A stretch of 64,000 bases of DNA from Thermodesulfobacteriota bacterium (GCA_035559815.1 DATMAT010000028.1:132-64131), one strand, 5' to 3'. Counted from the first letter of the stretch, positions 19,558 to 30,345 are shown. A program made the numbers and translations. Notes: generated from the sequence alone by a model not told the origin.

Positions 19558-20285
19558 ATCAACCTCACGTCATTAATTATTCCCCTGGCTACGAGCATTA
19601 CATAAAGGTCGGCGAACGCTACCACGAAAAGACTTATCCAAGCCCAGAACATATGATGTTCGTTTTGCTTGCTGACACACTTCCAGATCGCATGCCGGCT
19701 GGGGCACTTAGACATAACGTCCATCTTCCCGCCGACGAGATGGCGAAAAGAATGACAGGAAAAGGAGTACATCGATAGAAGGAATGCATTGACCAGAAGG
19801 ACTATGGAGCCGATTCCGATGCCGAAACCGTCTTCGAAAAAGAAAGCCTTAATCGCATCGTACCAGAGAAAAAGGACCACGACGGTAGCAGCATAAAGGA
19901 AATAGCGGTGTATGTTCTGGAGGATGAACGGAAACTCAGTCTCCCCGGCATAGCTACCCTCTTTTGCTTTCGGCTTCACTGCGCATGCCGGTGGGGCCCA
20001 GAAGAAAGAGCGATAATATGCCTTTCTGTAATAATAGCATGTAAGCCTGAAACCAAGCGGAGCCCAGAGTATCAATATAGCCGGAGAAAACTTCCACCAG
20101 TCGGGTGTTATCAGTGGAGAGTAAAAGGGAGACAAATACGGTTCGGCTAAATAGTAATTCCCGGCCAGCGCCCGCCAAGTTGCATATATACCAAATGCCC
20201 CCAGTACAATGACCGTGATAAGCGGCTCAATCCACCAGGTGTCCCTCCTCATGGTTAGGGCATTTTCTGTTGCTGCGTTCGCCAT
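19554..20285 (-). CDS. putative succinate dehydrogenase membrane-anchor subunit (non-canonical, about 5 TM)
   Basis: It is a 243-aa hydrophobic protein translationally coupled (4-nt overlap) to sdhA. Several conserved-looking His residues occur (HRYF, HSFRH, HHMFW). It does not resemble E. coli SdhC/D or Bacillus SdhC as I remember them, so the call rests mainly on context. Confidence 0.6.
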   Translation of the reverse strand: MANAATENALTMRRDTWWIEPLITVIVLGAFGIYATWRALAGNYYLAEPYLSPFYSPLITPDWWKFSPAILILWAPLGFRLTCYYYRKAYYRSFFWAPPACAVKPKAKEGSYAGETEFPFILQNIHRYFLYAATVVVLFLWYDAIKAFFFEDGFGIGIGSIVLLVNAFLLSMYSFSCHSFRHLVGGKMDVMSKCPSRHAIWKCVSKQNEHHMFWAWISLFVVAFADLYVMLVARGIINDVRLI

Positions 20286-20381
20286 TTTTCTTCCTCCAGA
20301 TTAGTATACCAGAGCTAATTCAAACGCTATTTTCATATCGTTTCCTTTGGGATAATCAGGGGAAATCGCTCAGGGTCACTA

Positions 20382-20410
20382 ATATTAAATAAGCGTCTTG
20401 ACCTAGTCAA
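20382..20410 (-). promoter_or_regulatory. sigma-70-type promoter for the sdh operon
   Basis: The minus strand reads TTGACT (20410-20405), a 17-nt spacer, then TAATAT (20387-20382), about 95 nt upstream of the membrane-anchor ATG, which has a GGAGGA SD. Confidence 0.4.
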
Positions 20411-20436
20411 GAATTTGCACCAGCCAATTGCCACTC

Positions 20437-21381
20437 TTAAAGCTCCCCCAGCTCATGTATCCTATCGCAAAGCTCTTTTACATGGCTAGCGGAAAGGTGA
20501 AGAGCTTTAGCCTCTTCATCCGTGAGCTTAATTTCAAGGATTTTTTCGACCCCGTTTCTTCCCAGTTTTACCGGAAGACCGACGAAGGTGTCTTTAATTC
20601 CGTATTCGCCGCTCGTCAGCACGCAGCAGGGCAGTATTTTCTTCTTGTCCTTGAGTATTGCCTCAACCATCTCTACGGCCGATGCCGCCGGGGCGTAGAA
20701 CGCACTCCCGGTCCTCAAGAGCTTGACAATCTCTGCACCACCGTCGCGGGTCCTCTGGATTATCGCATCAAGCCTCTCTTTAGCTATAAGCTCGGTGATC
20801 GGGACGCCGGACACTGTAGTGTACCTAGCCAGAGGAACCATATCGTCCCCGTGCCCGCCAAGCACAAAGGCGTGTATGTTTTCTACCGAAACACCTAACT
20901 CCATGGCGATGAATGTCCTGAACCGGGCTGAGTCTAACACCCCGGCCATCCCCATGACCCTCTCTTTTGGGAACCCGCTTACTTTGTATGCAACGTAGGT
21001 CATAGCATCGAGCGGGTTGGTCACCAGGATCAGAACCGATTTGGGAGACCTTTTAGCAACCTCAGCCGTAACCTGTTTCACTATCTTGGTATTAGTGGAA
21101 AGGAGATCATCCCGGCTCATCCCGGGCTTTCTGGGTATTCCAGATGTTATTACCACAACATCCGAACCCTCGGTTTGGTCATAGCTATTGGTCCCAACAA
21201 TATTAAGGTCGTAGCCGGAGATAGGCCCCTGCTGCATGAGGTCGAGTGCCTTCCCCTGGGGCATTCCCTCGACTATATCCACCAGCACTATGTCTCCTAG
21301 CTCCATCTCCGCCAATTTTAGGGCGGCAGAAGCCCCTACATTCCCTGCTCCAATCACTGAAATCTTCGGTCTGCTCATCAT
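20437..21381 (-). CDS. mdh: malate dehydrogenase (LDH-like type)
   Basis: The Rossmann motif is [10 protein letters not shown]. The [16 protein letters not shown] and GGHGDDMVP motifs are present. 314 aa. Confidence 0.93.
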   Translation of the reverse strand: MMSRPKISVIGAGNVGASAALKLAEMELGDIVLVDIVEGMPQGKALDLMQQGPISGYDLNIVGTNSYDQTEGSDVVVITSGIPRKPGMSRDDLLSTNTKIVKQVTAEVAKRSPKSVLILVTNPLDAMTYVAYKVSGFPKERVMGMAGVLDSARFRTFIAMELGVSVENIHAFVLGGHGDDMVPLARYTTVSGVPITELIAKERLDAIIQRTRDGGAEIVKLLRTGSAFYAPAASAVEMVEAILKDKKKILPCCVLTSGEYGIKDTFVGLPVKLGRNGVEKILEIKLTDEEAKALHLSASHVKELCDRIHELGEL

Positions 21382-21509
21382 TCACTCCTGGTCTAATTTT
21401 ATTAGTTAAGGCTGGCGGGAGTGCATAATATCCGCCTTTATCCACTCCAGAGAACTTTTTGGTTAATAAGCATACCTAATCAACCCGGAAGATTTAAAAT
21501 CTATGTGTT

Positions 21510-22766
21510 TCATCCAGCCAATACCCTGTCCATGTTGTCCACAATGGCCTGTCCGAACTCGGAGCACTTTAAGAGCGTTGCACCCTCAAGCTGGCGTTCT
21601 AGGTCATAGGTGACTTTCTTCTCGGAGACCGTTCTCTCCATGGCCTTCATTATTAGGTCTGCAGCTTCTTTCCACCCAAGATATTCGAACATCATAACCC
21701 CGGATAGTATGACCGAGCCCGGATTTACCTTATCCTGTCCGGCATACTTGGGAGCGGTCCCATGAGTGGCCTCAAACACCGCATAGAAGTCGCCGATGTT
21801 TCCACCAGGAGCCATCCCCAACCCCCCTACCTGAGCGGCACAAGCATCGGAGAGATAATCACCGTTTAAATTGGGAGTAGCAATTATGTCATATTCGTTC
21901 GTCCTGGTTAAAACCTGCTGGAGCATATTGTCCGCAATTCTATCCTGTATGACCACTTTACCCTCAGGCGCTTTGCCGTTGTATTTACTCCAGAGGTCGT
22001 CCTCGGTTATGGTCACATCGCTGAATTCCTCCCTGGCTACTTCGTACCCCCATTCCCTGAACGCACCCTCGGTGAATTTCATTATGTTTCCTTTGTGAAC
22101 CAGGGTTATACTCTTTCTTCCATACTCCAGTGCGTACTTAATTGCTTTTCTAACCAGCCTCTTTGTCCCAAAGACACTTATAGGCTTGATTCCTATTCCT
22201 GAATCTTCACGGATGTTCACCTTCAGGTTTTTCTTCAAATACTTGATCAGCCTCAGAGCCTCCGGAGAGTGACATTCCCATTCCATTCCAGCATAAACAT
22301 CCTCAGTATTCTCTCTAAAAATCACTACATCCATATTCTCGGGTTTTTTCACAGGAGATGGAGTTCCTTTTATGTATTTAACCGGACGTACACATGCGTA
22401 AAGGTCAAGCAACTGCCTGAGGGCTACATTCAGGCTCCTTATACCTCCGCCCACAGGGGTGGTAAGGGGTCCCTTTATGGCCACAACATGCTCTTTTATC
22501 GCCGTCAGTGTCTCGTCGGGGAGCCAAGTCCCTGTCTGGTTATAGGCCTTCTCCCCAGCAAGAACCTCAAGCCAGGCTATCTTTCTGTTGCCATCATAGG
22601 CCTTTTTGACAGCCGCATCGAATACCAGTTGTGAGGCATGCCAAATATCCGGCCCGGTTCCGTCTCCCTCTATGAAGGGAATTATGGGATTGTCAGGAAC
22701 TATTAACTTCTCCTCTTTTTTGTCTATAGTAATTTTTTGGCCTTCGTTATTTGATATGAATGACAT
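21510..22766 (-). CDS. icd: NADP-dependent isocitrate dehydrogenase
   Basis: 418 aa. The motifs are [30 protein letters not shown] and [10 protein letters not shown]. Confidence 0.93.
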   Translation of the reverse strand: MSFISNNEGQKITIDKKEEKLIVPDNPIIPFIEGDGTGPDIWHASQLVFDAAVKKAYDGNRKIAWLEVLAGEKAYNQTGTWLPDETLTAIKEHVVAIKGPLTTPVGGGIRSLNVALRQLLDLYACVRPVKYIKGTPSPVKKPENMDVVIFRENTEDVYAGMEWECHSPEALRLIKYLKKNLKVNIREDSGIGIKPISVFGTKRLVRKAIKYALEYGRKSITLVHKGNIMKFTEGAFREWGYEVAREEFSDVTITEDDLWSKYNGKAPEGKVVIQDRIADNMLQQVLTRTNEYDIIATPNLNGDYLSDACAAQVGGLGMAPGGNIGDFYAVFEATHGTAPKYAGQDKVNPGSVILSGVMMFEYLGWKEAADLIMKAMERTVSEKKVTYDLERQLEGATLLKCSEFGQAIVDNMDRVLAG

Positions 22767-23035
22767 GATTAAAATTCCTCTCTATCATAATTTTCGGCTA
22801 ATGAATATACATGGATTTATTGAAAAAACAAATCATTTTGGGCTAATTTATCAACCACAAGTACAACAAAGCAAAAAGAAAAACGGAAAAGAATTATTGA
22901 TTCCCCAACCCTAGTCGCTGAGCCATACCGCGCCCTAATTTAACCAGGATGCAATCGGTTATCGAGAACTGGTCTCAACCTGTAGTGGATTCCCGTTTTC
23001 ACGGGAATATAGTACCTATCTCTACCCCACTTGTT

Positions 23036-25729
23036 TTAATTACCCCTAGCCATCTGGCGCAGCACGGTATGTAAGATACCGCCGTTCCGATAGTACTCGA
23101 TTTCGATGTGGCTATCCAAACGGCACACTGTCTTGAACACGGTCTCACCACCATCTTCACGCCTTGCCCGGACCGTAACGTCTTTACGCGGCCGTAGGTC
23201 TTCGCTAATTCCCTCTATTTCGTATTGTTCGAATCCGGTTAGTCCTAGCGTCTTCCAGCTCTCACCAGCCTTAAACTGAAGCGGAAGAACACCCATTCCT
23301 ACCAGGTTGCTCCTATGTATCCTCTCGTAGCTCTCTGCTATGACCGCCTTGACCCCTAGGAGCATCGTGCCTTTAGCCGCCCAGTCTCTAGAGCTGCCGC
23401 TTCCGTATTCCTTCCCCGCTATAACTATCAGTGGTATTCCCTCATTTTTATATTTCATCGCTGCGTCATATATACTGGCTTTTTCTCCACTAGGCACATA
23501 CACAGTCCACCCGCCTTCTGTACCCGGAACCATCTGGTTCCTAAGCCTGATATTGGCGAAGGTGCCCCGTATCATAACCTCATGGTTGCCGCGACGAGAG
23601 CCGTAGCTGTTGAAGTCGAGCGGCTGAACCCCATGCTCGATTAAATATTTTCCGGCAGGGCTATCCTTGGCTATGTTGCCCGCCGGAGATATATGGTCAG
23701 TGGTAATAGAGTCTTCAAGAAGGGCCAGCACCCGTGCCCCCCTGATATCTCCAACTGGTGCCGGTTCTAGAGAGAAATCGGTAAAGTAAGGCGGCTGCTG
23801 GATGTAGGTAGATTGAGCGTCCCACTCGTACAGGTCGCCCTCTGGAATGGCTAAATTCTTCCATTCATCGTCACCCTCAAAGACATGGGCATAGCGGCCC
23901 CGGAAGAGCTCTGGATTCAGGGTCCTTTTTATTGTCTTTCTTATCTCTTTTTGAGAGGGCCAGATATCCCTTAAAAATACCGGTTTACCATCGGAGCCTA
24001 CTCCTAAAGGTTCGTTGGCCATATCTATATTCACCGTCCCGGCAAGGGCATAGGCTACTACTAGAGGCGGCGAAGCCAGATAAGCCAGCCTGGCCTGCGG
24101 ATGTACCCTGCCCTCAAAGTTTCTATTACCGCTCAGTACTGCGGCAACGGTGAGGTCATTTTCCTTGACTGCCTGGGCTATGGGCTCGGGTAATGGGCCG
24201 CTATTCCCTATACAGGTCGTGCATCCATACCCGACCAGATGGAACCCCAATTTTTCCAGATAGGGCATCAGGTCTGCTCCATGCAGATAATCCATGACCA
24301 CGCGCGAACCGGGTGCCAAGCTCGTTTTAACGGTAGGGCTAACGCTTAGACCATGCTCGACTGCCTTTTTGGCCAGGAGCCCCGCCCCGACCATCACCGA
24401 TGGGTTTGACGTATTAGTACAACTGGTGATGGCCGAAATCACCACTGAGCCATCGGCGAGGGTGGCCTTATCTCCGTTGACCTGGACCTCGGCTTTCTTC
24501 AAATCTTCTGGATTTCTCTTGGCCTTAGTCTCCATGTATGTATGGAAGGATTTCTTCATCTCTCCTAAAGTTATCCGGTCTTGAGGACGTGATGGCCCGG
24601 CCAGGGAAGGCTCGACCGTGCTCAGGTCTAGTTCCAGATAATCGCTGTAAACCGGGTCTTCGGTATCATCGGTGCGAAACAGTCCCTGAGCTTTGGTGTA
24701 TTTTTCGACCAGGTCAACCAGTTTTTTATCCCGCCCGGTGCCCCGGAGGTATATGAGAGTCTCCTCATCAACCGGGAAGAATCCTATCGTCGCTCCATAT
24801 TCCGGTGACATGTTGGAAACGGTCGCCCGGTCGGCAAGGCTCAGATGGCTGAGACCCGGGCCGTAAAATTCGACGAACTTCTCCACAACCCCTCTTTTCC
24901 TGAGCATCTGTGTTACAACAAGGACCAAATCGGTAGCAGTTGACCCCTCGGGCAATTCACCGTATAGCTTAAAACCCACCACCTCTGGAATAAGCATATA
25001 AAGAGGTTGTCCCAGCATGCAGGCTTCGGCCTCTATACCGCCAACACCCCATCCCAGCACGCTTAGGCCGTTAATCATGGTGGTATGAGAGTCGGTTCCG
25101 ACTAGCGTATCCGGATAGGCGATTGTGTCGCCATTGACTTCAGCAGTCTGAACCACATTGGCCAGGTATTCCAGGTTGACCTGATGAACTATGCCGGTGC
25201 CCGGAGGAACCACCCGAAACTTGTCGAAGGACTTCTGCGCCCAGCGAAGGAAGGCATAACGCTCCCGGTTTCTTTCAAATTCAATTTCTACGTTTCTCTT
25301 GAATGCGTCAGGCGAGCCGAAAAAATCAACCTGTACCGAGTGGTCTATCACCAGGTCGACCGGCACTATGGGATTTATCCGTTTGGTATCTCCTCCTGAA
25401 TTCTTCACCGCATCCCGCATCGCTGCCAAATCAGCCACACAAGGCACCCCGGTGAAATCCTGGAGTATCACCCGGGCGGGCATGTAGGGAATCTCCCTAG
25501 CCTCGGGCTTCTCCGGATTCCATTTAGAAAGCGCATGTACATCCTCTTCCGTAGCAATCCTGCCGTCACAATGTCGAAGTAAGTTTTCCAGAAGTATTTT
25601 TATGGAAAACGGTAACCTTGAAGTATCAACTCCTATTGCACCCTCAAGGCGGTTTAGAGAGTAATATTTAACCGTTTTTCGACCGACCTTAAGAGCGGAT
25701 ATTGTATTGAAAGGGTTATTTGTTGGCAT
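23036..25729 (-). CDS. acnA: aconitate hydratase A
   Basis: 897 aa. It carries the aconitase Fe-S ligand regions ([23 protein letters not shown]) and a swivel domain. An AGGAG SD is present. Confidence 0.95.
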   Translation of the reverse strand: MPTNNPFNTISALKVGRKTVKYYSLNRLEGAIGVDTSRLPFSIKILLENLLRHCDGRIATEEDVHALSKWNPEKPEAREIPYMPARVILQDFTGVPCVADLAAMRDAVKNSGGDTKRINPIVPVDLVIDHSVQVDFFGSPDAFKRNVEIEFERNRERYAFLRWAQKSFDKFRVVPPGTGIVHQVNLEYLANVVQTAEVNGDTIAYPDTLVGTDSHTTMINGLSVLGWGVGGIEAEACMLGQPLYMLIPEVVGFKLYGELPEGSTATDLVLVVTQMLRKRGVVEKFVEFYGPGLSHLSLADRATVSNMSPEYGATIGFFPVDEETLIYLRGTGRDKKLVDLVEKYTKAQGLFRTDDTEDPVYSDYLELDLSTVEPSLAGPSRPQDRITLGEMKKSFHTYMETKAKRNPEDLKKAEVQVNGDKATLADGSVVISAITSCTNTSNPSVMVGAGLLAKKAVEHGLSVSPTVKTSLAPGSRVVMDYLHGADLMPYLEKLGFHLVGYGCTTCIGNSGPLPEPIAQAVKENDLTVAAVLSGNRNFEGRVHPQARLAYLASPPLVVAYALAGTVNIDMANEPLGVGSDGKPVFLRDIWPSQKEIRKTIKRTLNPELFRGRYAHVFEGDDEWKNLAIPEGDLYEWDAQSTYIQQPPYFTDFSLEPAPVGDIRGARVLALLEDSITTDHISPAGNIAKDSPAGKYLIEHGVQPLDFNSYGSRRGNHEVMIRGTFANIRLRNQMVPGTEGGWTVYVPSGEKASIYDAAMKYKNEGIPLIVIAGKEYGSGSSRDWAAKGTMLLGVKAVIAESYERIHRSNLVGMGVLPLQFKAGESWKTLGLTGFEQYEIEGISEDLRPRKDVTVRARREDGGETVFKTVCRLDSHIEIEYYRNGGILHTVLRQMARGN

Positions 25730-25857
25730 TTTTTATCTCCTAATTTTTAATCTCGATTGACTCCTTTATTATATCCGAGGTGGGAGAATTGGGAAGTTAT
25801 AGTCAGAATTATATCAACCTTAGAACAGACACTTAAAAATACGATCTAAAATAAAAC

Positions 25858-25965
25858 TCATTTGCGTCCTTCGACAGGACGAACGGGATTTTTAACTTCG
25901 TCGAAGAGCAAGCATTCTAAGAGCGGATAGATATATCCGCTCATCCTGAGTTCATCAAAGGATGA
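25858..25965. repeat. cluster of short palindromic REP-like units
   Basis: The hairpins are GTCCT-TCGAC-AGGAC; GAGCGGATA-gata-TATCCGCTC (25921-25942); and TCATCC-N13-GGATGA (25941-25965). The region is non-coding, between fabF and acnA. Confidence 0.6.
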
Positions 25966-26241
25966 TAAACAAATTACAAAGCTAAAGAAGGCATTCTTCG
26001 ACAAGCTGTTATGTAAAAAGTCAAGGGGTATTTCAAGAAAAACCACAGCTTTGAACAAACGAATCCCTTCTGCTTTTTTTAGTCTCCTCTGTCTCCTATC
26101 TAAACTACTCCCCTGGACCAACCCCAGGGTGAACGGGTCCTTAACTCCGTTAAATAGGAACTCAGTCTCTTTTCGTGCTTCTCCCTAAATGAAAGGAACG
26201 CAGATCCTTTCCCGAATGAACCACCTTGCAGCAAGGGGGCT

Positions 26242-26347
26242 GTAGGGTATCCGAAAATTTCCCCTCCCTTGATGGGAGGGGATGAAGGGGAGGGTGAATT
26301 ACCCCCCACTCCTTTGGCTTCGCTCAGGACAGGTATGCGTTCCCTAC
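26242..26347. repeat. composite G-rich REP/MITE-like element, copy 1
   Basis: The hairpin is CCCCTCCC-ttgat-GGGAGGGG (26261-26281), followed by ATGAAGGGGAGGGTGA and ACCCCCCACTCC. The whole unit is bracketed by GTAGGG (26242-26247) and TATGCGTTCCCTAC (26334-26347). Confidence 0.65.
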
Positions 26348-26436
26348 AACATAAACAAATGTTGCATAAGCAAAATATTAGAAATGTTTTTCGCCTAATT
26401 TTTAATTCAGTGTGGTCAAAGGCAAGAACTGGCCCT

Positions 26437-27675
26437 CTACTGGCCGTCAAATCTTCTAAAGGCCAATGTCACGTTCGTCCCCCCAAAGCCGAAGGAGTTG
26501 CTGAGGGCAACTGCTATATCTGCCTCCCTAGCTTTATTTGCGACATAGTCGAGGTCGCAATCCGGCTCGGGATTGTCCAAGTTTATGGTTGGCGGGAGGA
26601 TTCCGTGGTATATGGCCAGAGCAGTGAAGGCCGCTTCGATGCCGCCTGCCGCTCCCAGGAGGTGTCCGGTCATGGATTTGGTGGAGCTTACCGGGATGCT
26701 GTAGGCATGTTTTCCAAACAATTCCTTTATTGCACGCGTCTCGTTAATGTCGTTCTGCGGAGTAGATGTCCCATGAGCGTTAATGTATTGAACGTCCTCC
26801 GGATTCAACTCCGCATCTCGTAATGCCGCTTTCATACATCTGACCGGACCGTCGAGTGAAGGAGAGGTTATGTGGTAGGCATCACTGCTCATCCCGGAGC
26901 CTATCAACTCGGCGTAAATTCTTGCGCCCCGCTTTTTAGCGAACTCAAGCTCCTCAAGAATCAATATTCCGGCGCCTTCTGCGATTATGAACCCATCCCT
27001 GTCCCGGTCAAATGGACGGGAGGCACGCTCAGGCTCGTCGTTCCTCGTAGAAATAGCCCGCATCACGTTAAACCCGGCTATGGTCATGGGAATAACCGGA
27101 GCTTCGGTCCCCCCGGCGATCATAGCATCAGCATCCCCTCTCTGGATGGCCATCGCCGAATAGGCAATGGCATGAGCGCCCGCCGCACAGGCCGTAGTGG
27201 TGCAGCTATTCGGTCCCTTAGCGTTGAAGTAAATTGATACATACCCGGCGGCCATGTTGGCAATAATATTCGGAACAAAGAACGGAGATATCCGGCTGGG
27301 ACCCCTTTCTTCCATCACCAGCACCGTCTTGTAATACGTATCCATACCGCCTATCCCGGAGCCAATGATGGTTCCAATCTGTGGAGAAAGTTCGTCGGTA
27401 ACCTGAAGGTTGGCATCGTCCAGAGCGAGCTTGGTAGCGGCCACTGCATACTGTATGAACGGGTCGCTTCTCCTTATCTCCTTGGACTCCATAAAGGCTT
27501 CCGGCTCAAAATCCAGGACCTCCCCGGCTATCTGGGTCTTGAGCGAAGAAGGGTCGAATTTGGTGATACGTCCTATGCCCGAACGCCCTTCGCATATGCC
27601 TTCCCAGGTCTTTTTATTGCCGGTGCCAAGCGGCGTTACCAGCCCGATCCCCGTTACAGCCACCCTTCTTTTCAT
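26437..27675 (-). CDS. fabF: 3-oxoacyl-ACP synthase II
   Basis: 412 aa. The active-site Cys lies in CTTTACAAGAHAI. The HGTSTP and GHLLGAAG motifs are present. Its start overlaps the acpP stop (TAATG). Confidence 0.95.
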   Translation of the reverse strand: MKRRVAVTGIGLVTPLGTGNKKTWEGICEGRSGIGRITKFDPSSLKTQIAGEVLDFEPEAFMESKEIRRSDPFIQYAVAATKLALDDANLQVTDELSPQIGTIIGSGIGGMDTYYKTVLVMEERGPSRISPFFVPNIIANMAAGYVSIYFNAKGPNSCTTTACAAGAHAIAYSAMAIQRGDADAMIAGGTEAPVIPMTIAGFNVMRAISTRNDEPERASRPFDRDRDGFIIAEGAGILILEELEFAKKRGARIYAELIGSGMSSDAYHITSPSLDGPVRCMKAALRDAELNPEDVQYINAHGTSTPQNDINETRAIKELFGKHAYSIPVSSTKSMTGHLLGAAGGIEAAFTALAIYHGILPPTINLDNPEPDCDLDYVANKAREADIAVALSNSFGFGGTNVTLAFRRFDGQ

Positions 27676-27926
27676 TATTTCTTACGCTCCAAAATGTAAT
27701 TTATTGCATCCTGCACAGTTAGAATTCCTTCTGCATCCTCATCCGATATTTCCAGCCCGAATTCATCCTCCATGGACATGATTAACTCGACCAGGTCAAG
27801 AGAATCAGCCCCCAAATCCTCGATGAAAGATGATTCCGGGGTAACTTCATTCTCCGACTTGCCCAACTGAGTCGCTATCATTTTCTTTACCTTAGCGACG
27901 ACTTCCTGATCTACCTGAGTTGCCAT
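27675..27926 (-). CDS. acpP: acyl carrier protein
   Basis: The phosphopantetheine site is [19 protein letters not shown]. The ATG at 27926 is preceded by GGGAGG at a 7-nt spacing. The track's start at 27953 would overlap fabG. Confidence 0.93.
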   Translation of the reverse strand: MATQVDQEVVAKVKKMIATQLGKSENEVTPESSFIEDLGADSLDLVELIMSMEDEFGLEISDEDAEGILTVQDAINYILERKK

Positions 27927-27949
27927 ATTGTTTTCCTCCCAAAATTTTT

Positions 27950-28693
27950 TCAAGTGTAAAGACCACCGTTTACCCTTACAACCTCCCCAGTAACATACGA
28001 TGCGCCGTCGGACGCCAGAAATGACACCACCTTTGCTACGTCCTCGGGCGTTCCAAACCTGCCCAGTGGAATAGCTTCCATGTATTTTTCTTTGACATTT
28101 TGCGGAAGTACATTTGTTATATCCGTCTCGATAAAACCCGGGCTCACCGCGTTAACCGTTATCCCCCTAGAAGCGAGCTCCTTGGCGGCCGACTTGGTAA
28201 ACCCGATTATTCCAGCTTTGGCTGCCGAATAATTCGCCTGTCCCGGGTTACCCATTTCACCGACAACAGAAGTGATGTTGATAATTCTTCCGTATCTCTC
28301 TTTCATCATCATCTTCGCCGCCGCCCGGGTACAGTTAAACACACCCTTTAAGTCAACAGCCAATACCTCGTCCCAATCCTGGTCTTTCATTCTCAAGAGG
28401 AGCCCGTCTTTTGTTATTCCAGCGTTATTCACGAGAATCTGGAGCCCGCCAAACTCTTCACCGATTTTTGCTATTTCTTCCTGAACCCTGGGTGAATCCG
28501 AAACATCGAAACAAGAGAGCTTGGCCCTTCCGCCTGAGCTTTCTATTTCGTCGAGCACTTCCTTTGCCGCAGATTCGCTTTTCGAGTAATTAACAACGAC
28601 AAAGGCACCACGTTGCGCCAACTCTACTGCAACCGCCCTTCCGATTCCCCTGGATGCTCCGGTTACCAGTGCTATCTTGTTCTTAAATTCCAT
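27950..28693 (-). CDS. fabG: 3-oxoacyl-ACP reductase
   Basis: The SDR motifs are [12 protein letters not shown] and YSAAKAG. 247 aa. Confidence 0.95.
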   Translation of the reverse strand: MEFKNKIALVTGASRGIGRAVAVELAQRGAFVVVNYSKSESAAKEVLDEIESSGGRAKLSCFDVSDSPRVQEEIAKIGEEFGGLQILVNNAGITKDGLLLRMKDQDWDEVLAVDLKGVFNCTRAAAKMMMKERYGRIINITSVVGEMGNPGQANYSAAKAGIIGFTKSAAKELASRGITVNAVSPGFIETDITNVLPQNVKEKYMEAIPLGRFGTPEDVAKVVSFLASDGASYVTGEVVRVNGGLYT

Positions 28694-29615
28694 CTTGTTT
28701 AAGCTGTTTTAAATGACCCACTTTCTCAAAATTCCGCACAAAAGCATCCGGGACCGTTCTCTTTATTAATCCGGAAAGCACGTTTCCGGGGCCGACCTCC
28801 AAAAATCTTCTTACCCCGGCTTCGTACAAGGTTTTGATTGATTCGTACCATCTGACCGGACTCATCACCTGGTCTATCAAAAGATCTCTTATCCTGGTCG
28901 GGTCGATATTTATCTTTGCGTCTAGGTTTGTCACTATCGGTATCTTAAACTCAGAAAAGTTTATCTTATCCAAGACCTGGGCCAGCCTTTCCGCAGCAGG
29001 GGCCATGAGCTTGCAGTGAAAGGGGGCGCTAACCTCCAGGAGAACCACCCTTTTTGCACCCCGTTCTTTAGATAAAGAGGTGGCTTTTTCCACTGCCTCC
29101 CGGTTCCCGGAAATCACCGTCTGGCCGGGGGCATTAAAATTCGCCGGACTAACGACGAACCCATTCGTGGAGGCCTCTTCGCAGATTCCCTCGACTACAT
29201 CTTTTTCTAGCCCGAGAACGGCGGCCATAGCGCCTACTCCTACCGGGACTGCTTCCTGGGTGAATTTGCCCCTCTCCCTCACTATCCATACTGCATCCTT
29301 GAATTCCAGGGTTTCGCTTGCCACGAGCGCGCTGTACTCTCCGAGGCTATGCCCGGCTACATAATCCGCTTGAAACCCGGCCTCTTCATTGAGTACCCGG
29401 AGAGCGGCAATGCTAGCGGTAAGTATGGCCGGTTGGGCATTCACCGTTAGATTTAGGTCGTTAGAACCTTCATCAAAACAGAGCTTGGCCATATCTAGAT
29501 GAAGCACATCGCTGGCTTCTTCAAAGGTTTTGCGGACAGTCGGAAATTCACCATATAGTTCCTTACACATACCTATATACTGAGACCCCTGTCCCGGAAA
29601 TACAAAAGCCATCAT
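28683..29615 (-). CDS. fabD: malonyl-CoA:ACP transacylase
   Basis: The motifs are FPGQGSQYIGM and GHSLGEYSAL (active-site Ser). 310 aa. Confidence 0.93.
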   Translation of the reverse strand: MMAFVFPGQGSQYIGMCKELYGEFPTVRKTFEEASDVLHLDMAKLCFDEGSNDLNLTVNAQPAILTASIAALRVLNEEAGFQADYVAGHSLGEYSALVASETLEFKDAVWIVRERGKFTQEAVPVGVGAMAAVLGLEKDVVEGICEEASTNGFVVSPANFNAPGQTVISGNREAVEKATSLSKERGAKRVVLLEVSAPFHCKLMAPAAERLAQVLDKINFSEFKIPIVTNLDAKINIDPTRIRDLLIDQVMSPVRWYESIKTLYEAGVRRFLEVGPGNVLSGLIKRTVPDAFVRNFEKVGHLKQLKQDGI

Positions 29616-29622
29616 TTAATCG

Positions 29623-29805
29623 TCACTCCTCTGACTCTTTCTTAAAAGTCCTTCCTTTATAAAAACCGCAATTGGGGCAGGCCCTATGCGGCGATTTCAG
29701 CTCATTACAATTTGGGCAAAGCGATAGCCCCGGTGTCGAAATCCGGTAGTGTGTTCTCCTCTTCCTTGACTTAGACCGGGATGTTTTTCTCTTGGGAAGC
29801 GCCAT
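29623..29805 (-). CDS. rpmF: 50S ribosomal protein L32
   Basis: The sequence reads MALPKRKTSRSKSRKRRTH...CPNC...CPNCGFYKGR. Confidence 0.9.
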   Translation of the reverse strand: MALPKRKTSRSKSRKRRTHYRISTPGLSLCPNCNELKSPHRACPNCGFYKGRTFKKESEE

Positions 29806-29829
29806 CTGATTTTCTCCTTAACAGGTTTT

Positions 29830-30345
29830 CTATACTTTTAGGCCCCTCAGCACGGCAAATCTGGGGTCCAGGCGGTCTTCTTTGCAAGAACAGACCCCAT
29901 GGTTCAAGTTAGCCCCACAATTTTGGCAAAGTCCTTTGCAATCCTCCACACAGAGTACCTTAATCGGTAGGGACATCGCTATTAACTCCCTGAGGTAAAC
30001 ACCGAGGTCAAACTCATCTCCGCTATAGGTTTCATAGTCGACGTCCTTATCCTTTTCCTCGGTTTTATACGCCGGAGAAAGAACCAAATTCACCCTCGGG
30101 GAGAGGGTTAAGTCCACATCCCCCAGGCACCTTGCGCAAAAAGACCTTATAGAAAAAGATATGTTACCGTATACGGCAACCTCTTTTAAAACCTTCACCA
30201 GCTGCAGGTCAAACTTGATATTGGAAGACAAATGGGTGTCGTCCGAGTTAGACGCAAGCTCCGGTATATTGGTCAGCCATTCCGGCTTCCTCGATGCGGC
30301 TATGTGCAGGCCTTCATTGCCTATGTCGGATACTCTTACTTTCAT
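29830..30345 (-). CDS. YceD/DUF177 family protein (large-subunit rRNA accumulation protein)
   Basis: 171 aa. The C-terminal Cys cluster is CVEDCKGLCQNCGANLNHGVCSC. It occupies the conserved position upstream of rpmF. Confidence 0.8.
   Translation of the reverse strand: MKVRVSDIGNEGLHIAASRKPEWLTNIPELASNSDDTHLSSNIKFDLQLVKVLKEVAVYGNISFSIRSFCARCLGDVDLTLSPRVNLVLSPAYKTEEKDKDVDYETYSGDEFDLGVYLRELIAMSLPIKVLCVEDCKGLCQNCGANLNHGVCSCKEDRLDPRFAVLRGLKV

Noticed and set aside
20428-20898. A 156-aa plus-strand ORF antisense to mdh
   Set aside because: It is embedded in a high-confidence malate dehydrogenase gene and has no motif.
22989-23008. An ATTCCCG-N6-CGGGAAT hairpin 28 nt after the acnA stop, considered as a terminator
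   Set aside because: It has only a 7-bp stem and no U-tract on the acnA strand. It may be another REP-like unit, and the evidence is too weak to list as a feature.
25858-26823. ORFs of 87, 116 and 184 aa in or next to the acnA-fabF spacer
   Set aside because: They read through palindromic REP-like units (translations such as PSPSSPPIKGGE and FDELRMSG). The 184-aa ORF runs antisense into fabF. I treat these as repeat-derived artefacts.
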